In this document: positions 62,651-64,000 of the stretch, piece by piece | Numbering within the stretch: position 1 is the first letter of the stretch | How the letters are laid out: each line of letters opens with the position of its first letter | Assembly (NCBI GenBank): GCA_036794525.1 | Contig: DAIRGM010000009.1 | Location: 779 to 64,778 of the forward strand | Length of the DNA: 64,000 nucleotides | Reading direction: 5' to 3' | From: Methanoculleus sp. | GTDB lineage: Archaea; Halobacteriota; Methanomicrobia; Methanomicrobiales; Methanoculleaceae | Notes under the pieces: generated by a model | What the model saw: the letters and a program-made list of their open reading frames with translations, nothing else | Told to the model about the DNA's origin: nothing | Databases searched by the model: none | Made by a program: the position numbers and the translations under genes

Positions 62651-63574
62651 ATGGAAAGCATTGAGTTCGATCATGCGTACTACATCAAGCTGGGAGAGAA
62701 GGGGAAGTGGGAGCGGTCAAGCATCGAGGAAGGAAAGATGCGGATCGGCTGGACCAACGTCGCCCTCGAGGATCTCCATCGGGGAAACTGGGATGACATT
62801 GAGAGGGCGATCCGACAGAAGGTGAAGAATCCCGGATCTGCCACCCACGACTTCAACTCCCTCCGGACGATCCACGCCTCGAACCACGGCGACGTCTGGA
62901 TCACGTTCTCCGACTCGAAGCTCTGGTGGTGCCGGCTCGAGGACGGCCCGATCCTCGAGGACGAGATCTCCAAATACCGGCTGACCGCCGACGGCTGGCA
63001 CGATAGGAGCCTGCAGGGGAAGGTGCTGCTCGTGAACACGCTGCCCGGCGCCGTCGCCCAGTTGCAGGCTTACCAGGCCACGTCCTGCACGGTCGGGCCG
63101 CTCGACACCCTCAGGCGCCTGATCAACGACGGGCATACGCCCGAGTATGCCGCGGTCGTCGAAGCACGGGAAGACCTGGTCTGCCGGACCGAGGCCCTGG
63201 TCCGGCACCTGCACTGGAAGGACTTCGAGGTGCTCGTCGATCTGGTCTTCTCCGGGGCGGGCTGGAGGCGGCGGAGCGTCGTCGGCAAGACGATGAAGTT
63301 CGCGGACATCGAGTTCGAGGACCGGATCAACAACGAGTCCTACCAGGTCCAGGTGAAGTCGCGGTCGACCCTTGCCGAGTTTCGTGAGTATGCGGATCAG
63401 TTCAACCGGGGCGAGTTCAGGAGACTCTTCTACGTGGTCCACTCCCCCGACGACGCCCTGGCGGCATACGAGGTGCCCGCGGACTCGGGGGTGGTGCTGG
63501 TTCCTCCCCGGCGGCTCGCCGCGATGGTCGTGGACGCGGGACTGGTCGGGTGGGTGCTGGAGAAGACGGTATGA
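62651..63574 (+). CDS. two-domain protein: unknown N-terminal domain plus Mrr-like PD-(D/E)xK restriction-endonuclease domain
   Basis: 307 aa. C-terminal WKDFEVLVDLVFSGAGW....VGKTMKFADIEFED....ESYQVQVKS fits the Mrr_cat pattern (FE.LV..L....G......D.GID.......iQ.K). The N-terminus YYIKLGEKGKWERSSIEEGKMRIGW resembles starts seen on defence-island nucleases. Confidence 0.55.
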   Translation: MESIEFDHAYYIKLGEKGKWERSSIEEGKMRIGWTNVALEDLHRGNWDDIERAIRQKVKNPGSATHDFNSLRTIHASNHGDVWITFSDSKLWWCRLEDGPILEDEISKYRLTADGWHDRSLQGKVLLVNTLPGAVAQLQAYQATSCTVGPLDTLRRLINDGHTPEYAAVVEAREDLVCRTEALVRHLHWKDFEVLVDLVFSGAGWRRRSVVGKTMKFADIEFEDRINNESYQVQVKSRSTLAEFREYADQFNRGEFRRLFYVVHSPDDALAAYEVPADSGVVLVPPRRLAAMVVDAGLVGWVLEKTV

Positions 63575-63712
63575 GCGGCAAGAGGGGATGACTCCCTCTC
63601 CCCTCGACCTGCCTCGCGCTTGTGAGGGGGGTGTTCTAGGTTTTACCCGGGGCCACCCTCTATCCGCAGGAGACTCGGAGCCACGGCGGTCTGTTCCCGG
63701 ACGATAGAACGG

Positions 63713-63991
63713 TTATTCCGTTTCCTCTTCCGGGATATCGAGTTCCGTGAGAATGGCCCGCACTCCCGGTTCCAGGGCAGGGACCTCGTTCTGGATGATG
63801 TTCCAGACGATCCTCCAGTCGACCTCGAAGTAAGCATGGATGAGCTTGTCCCGGGAACCGGCAATCAACCGCCAGGGGATCTCCGGGTGTTGTTCTTTCA
63901 GGGGCCCAGAGATGTTCTTCGTCGCCTCTCCGATGATCTCGATTGAGCGGACGACAGCACGCTGCCGTATCGGATCTGTAAGCAGCTTGTC
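63713..63991 (-). pseudogene. HepT (DUF86) toxin-family remnant; in-frame TAA at 63992-63994, window ends at 64000
   Basis: Hand translation: DKLLTDPIRQRAVVRSIEIIGEATKNISGPLKEQHPEIPWRLIAGSRDKLIHAYFEVDWRIVWNIIQNEVPALEPGVRAILTELDIPEEETE*. Contains the R(x4)HxY HEPN motif (RDKLIHAY). There is no start codon after the upstream stop. Confidence 0.5.
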
Positions 63992-64000
63992 TTACGTCAG

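Overview
High-GC archaeal chromosome segment. Gene content and order suggest a methanogen of the Methanomicrobiales, possibly Methanoculleus-like; this is inferred from protein families, no search was run.

Layout, left to right:
- 1-5.3 kb: isoprenoid/mevalonate cluster (gltX 5' end, idsA, RNase J, fni, ipk, mvk), then a Memo-like gene.
- 6.1-11.9 kb: conserved archaeal ribosomal protein / RNA polymerase cluster (rps2, eno, rpoK, tRNA-Pro, rpoN, rps9, rpl13, rpl18e, rpoD, rps11, rps4, rps13, tRNA-Ser).
- 12-13 kb: deoxyhypusine synthase.
- 13.9-17.8 kb: five tightly coupled CBS-domain genes.
- 18-19.4 kb: GTPase / DUF2073-like / Zn-ribbon trio.
- 19.7-20.9 kb: KamA-family radical SAM gene.
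- 21-25.5 kb: visibly more AT-rich three-gene operon of archaeal type-IV-pilin-like proteins (PKD/PA14 adhesin, beta-helix protein).
- 25.7-28.1 kb: radical SAM gene, uppS, and a convergent non-catalytic cis-prenyltransferase paralog.
- 28.1-29.7 kb and 50.2-51.9 kb: two PolX-PHP paralogs, each preceded by a co-oriented TnpB-only IS200/IS605-type element (30.1-31.5 kb and 48.6-49.9 kb).
- 31.6-48.3 kb, between the two TnpB elements: DtxR-FeoA/FeoB, dph5, hisE, nusA, a PAS histidine kinase, DUF432-like/MscS, SIMPL, and a K+ channel / Hanks kinase / FHA-wHTH operon.
- 51.9-64 kb: slyD-like PPIase, FkbM methyltransferase, treT, DEAD-box helicase, Hsp20, GNAT, a fused solute-binding lipoprotein, nitroreductase, a PD-(D/E)xK endonuclease fusion and a HepT remnant.

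Most notable non-genic signal: a roughly 200-nt GC-rich, hairpin-rich repeat family in tandem arrays (13.1-13.8 kb and 38.9-39.6 kb), one copy carrying a nested TIR/TSD-bounded MITE.

Other points worth a second look:
- One TnpB element precisely splits a small membrane-protein gene; the in-frame restoration defines the element ends.
- PolX1 has a degenerate polymerase active site.
- The DGNRR and RXG motifs are split between the convergent cis-prenyltransferase pair.

Many long ORFs in the supplied track are antisense or out-of-frame GC artefacts and were rejected. No CRISPR array or rRNA was seen.
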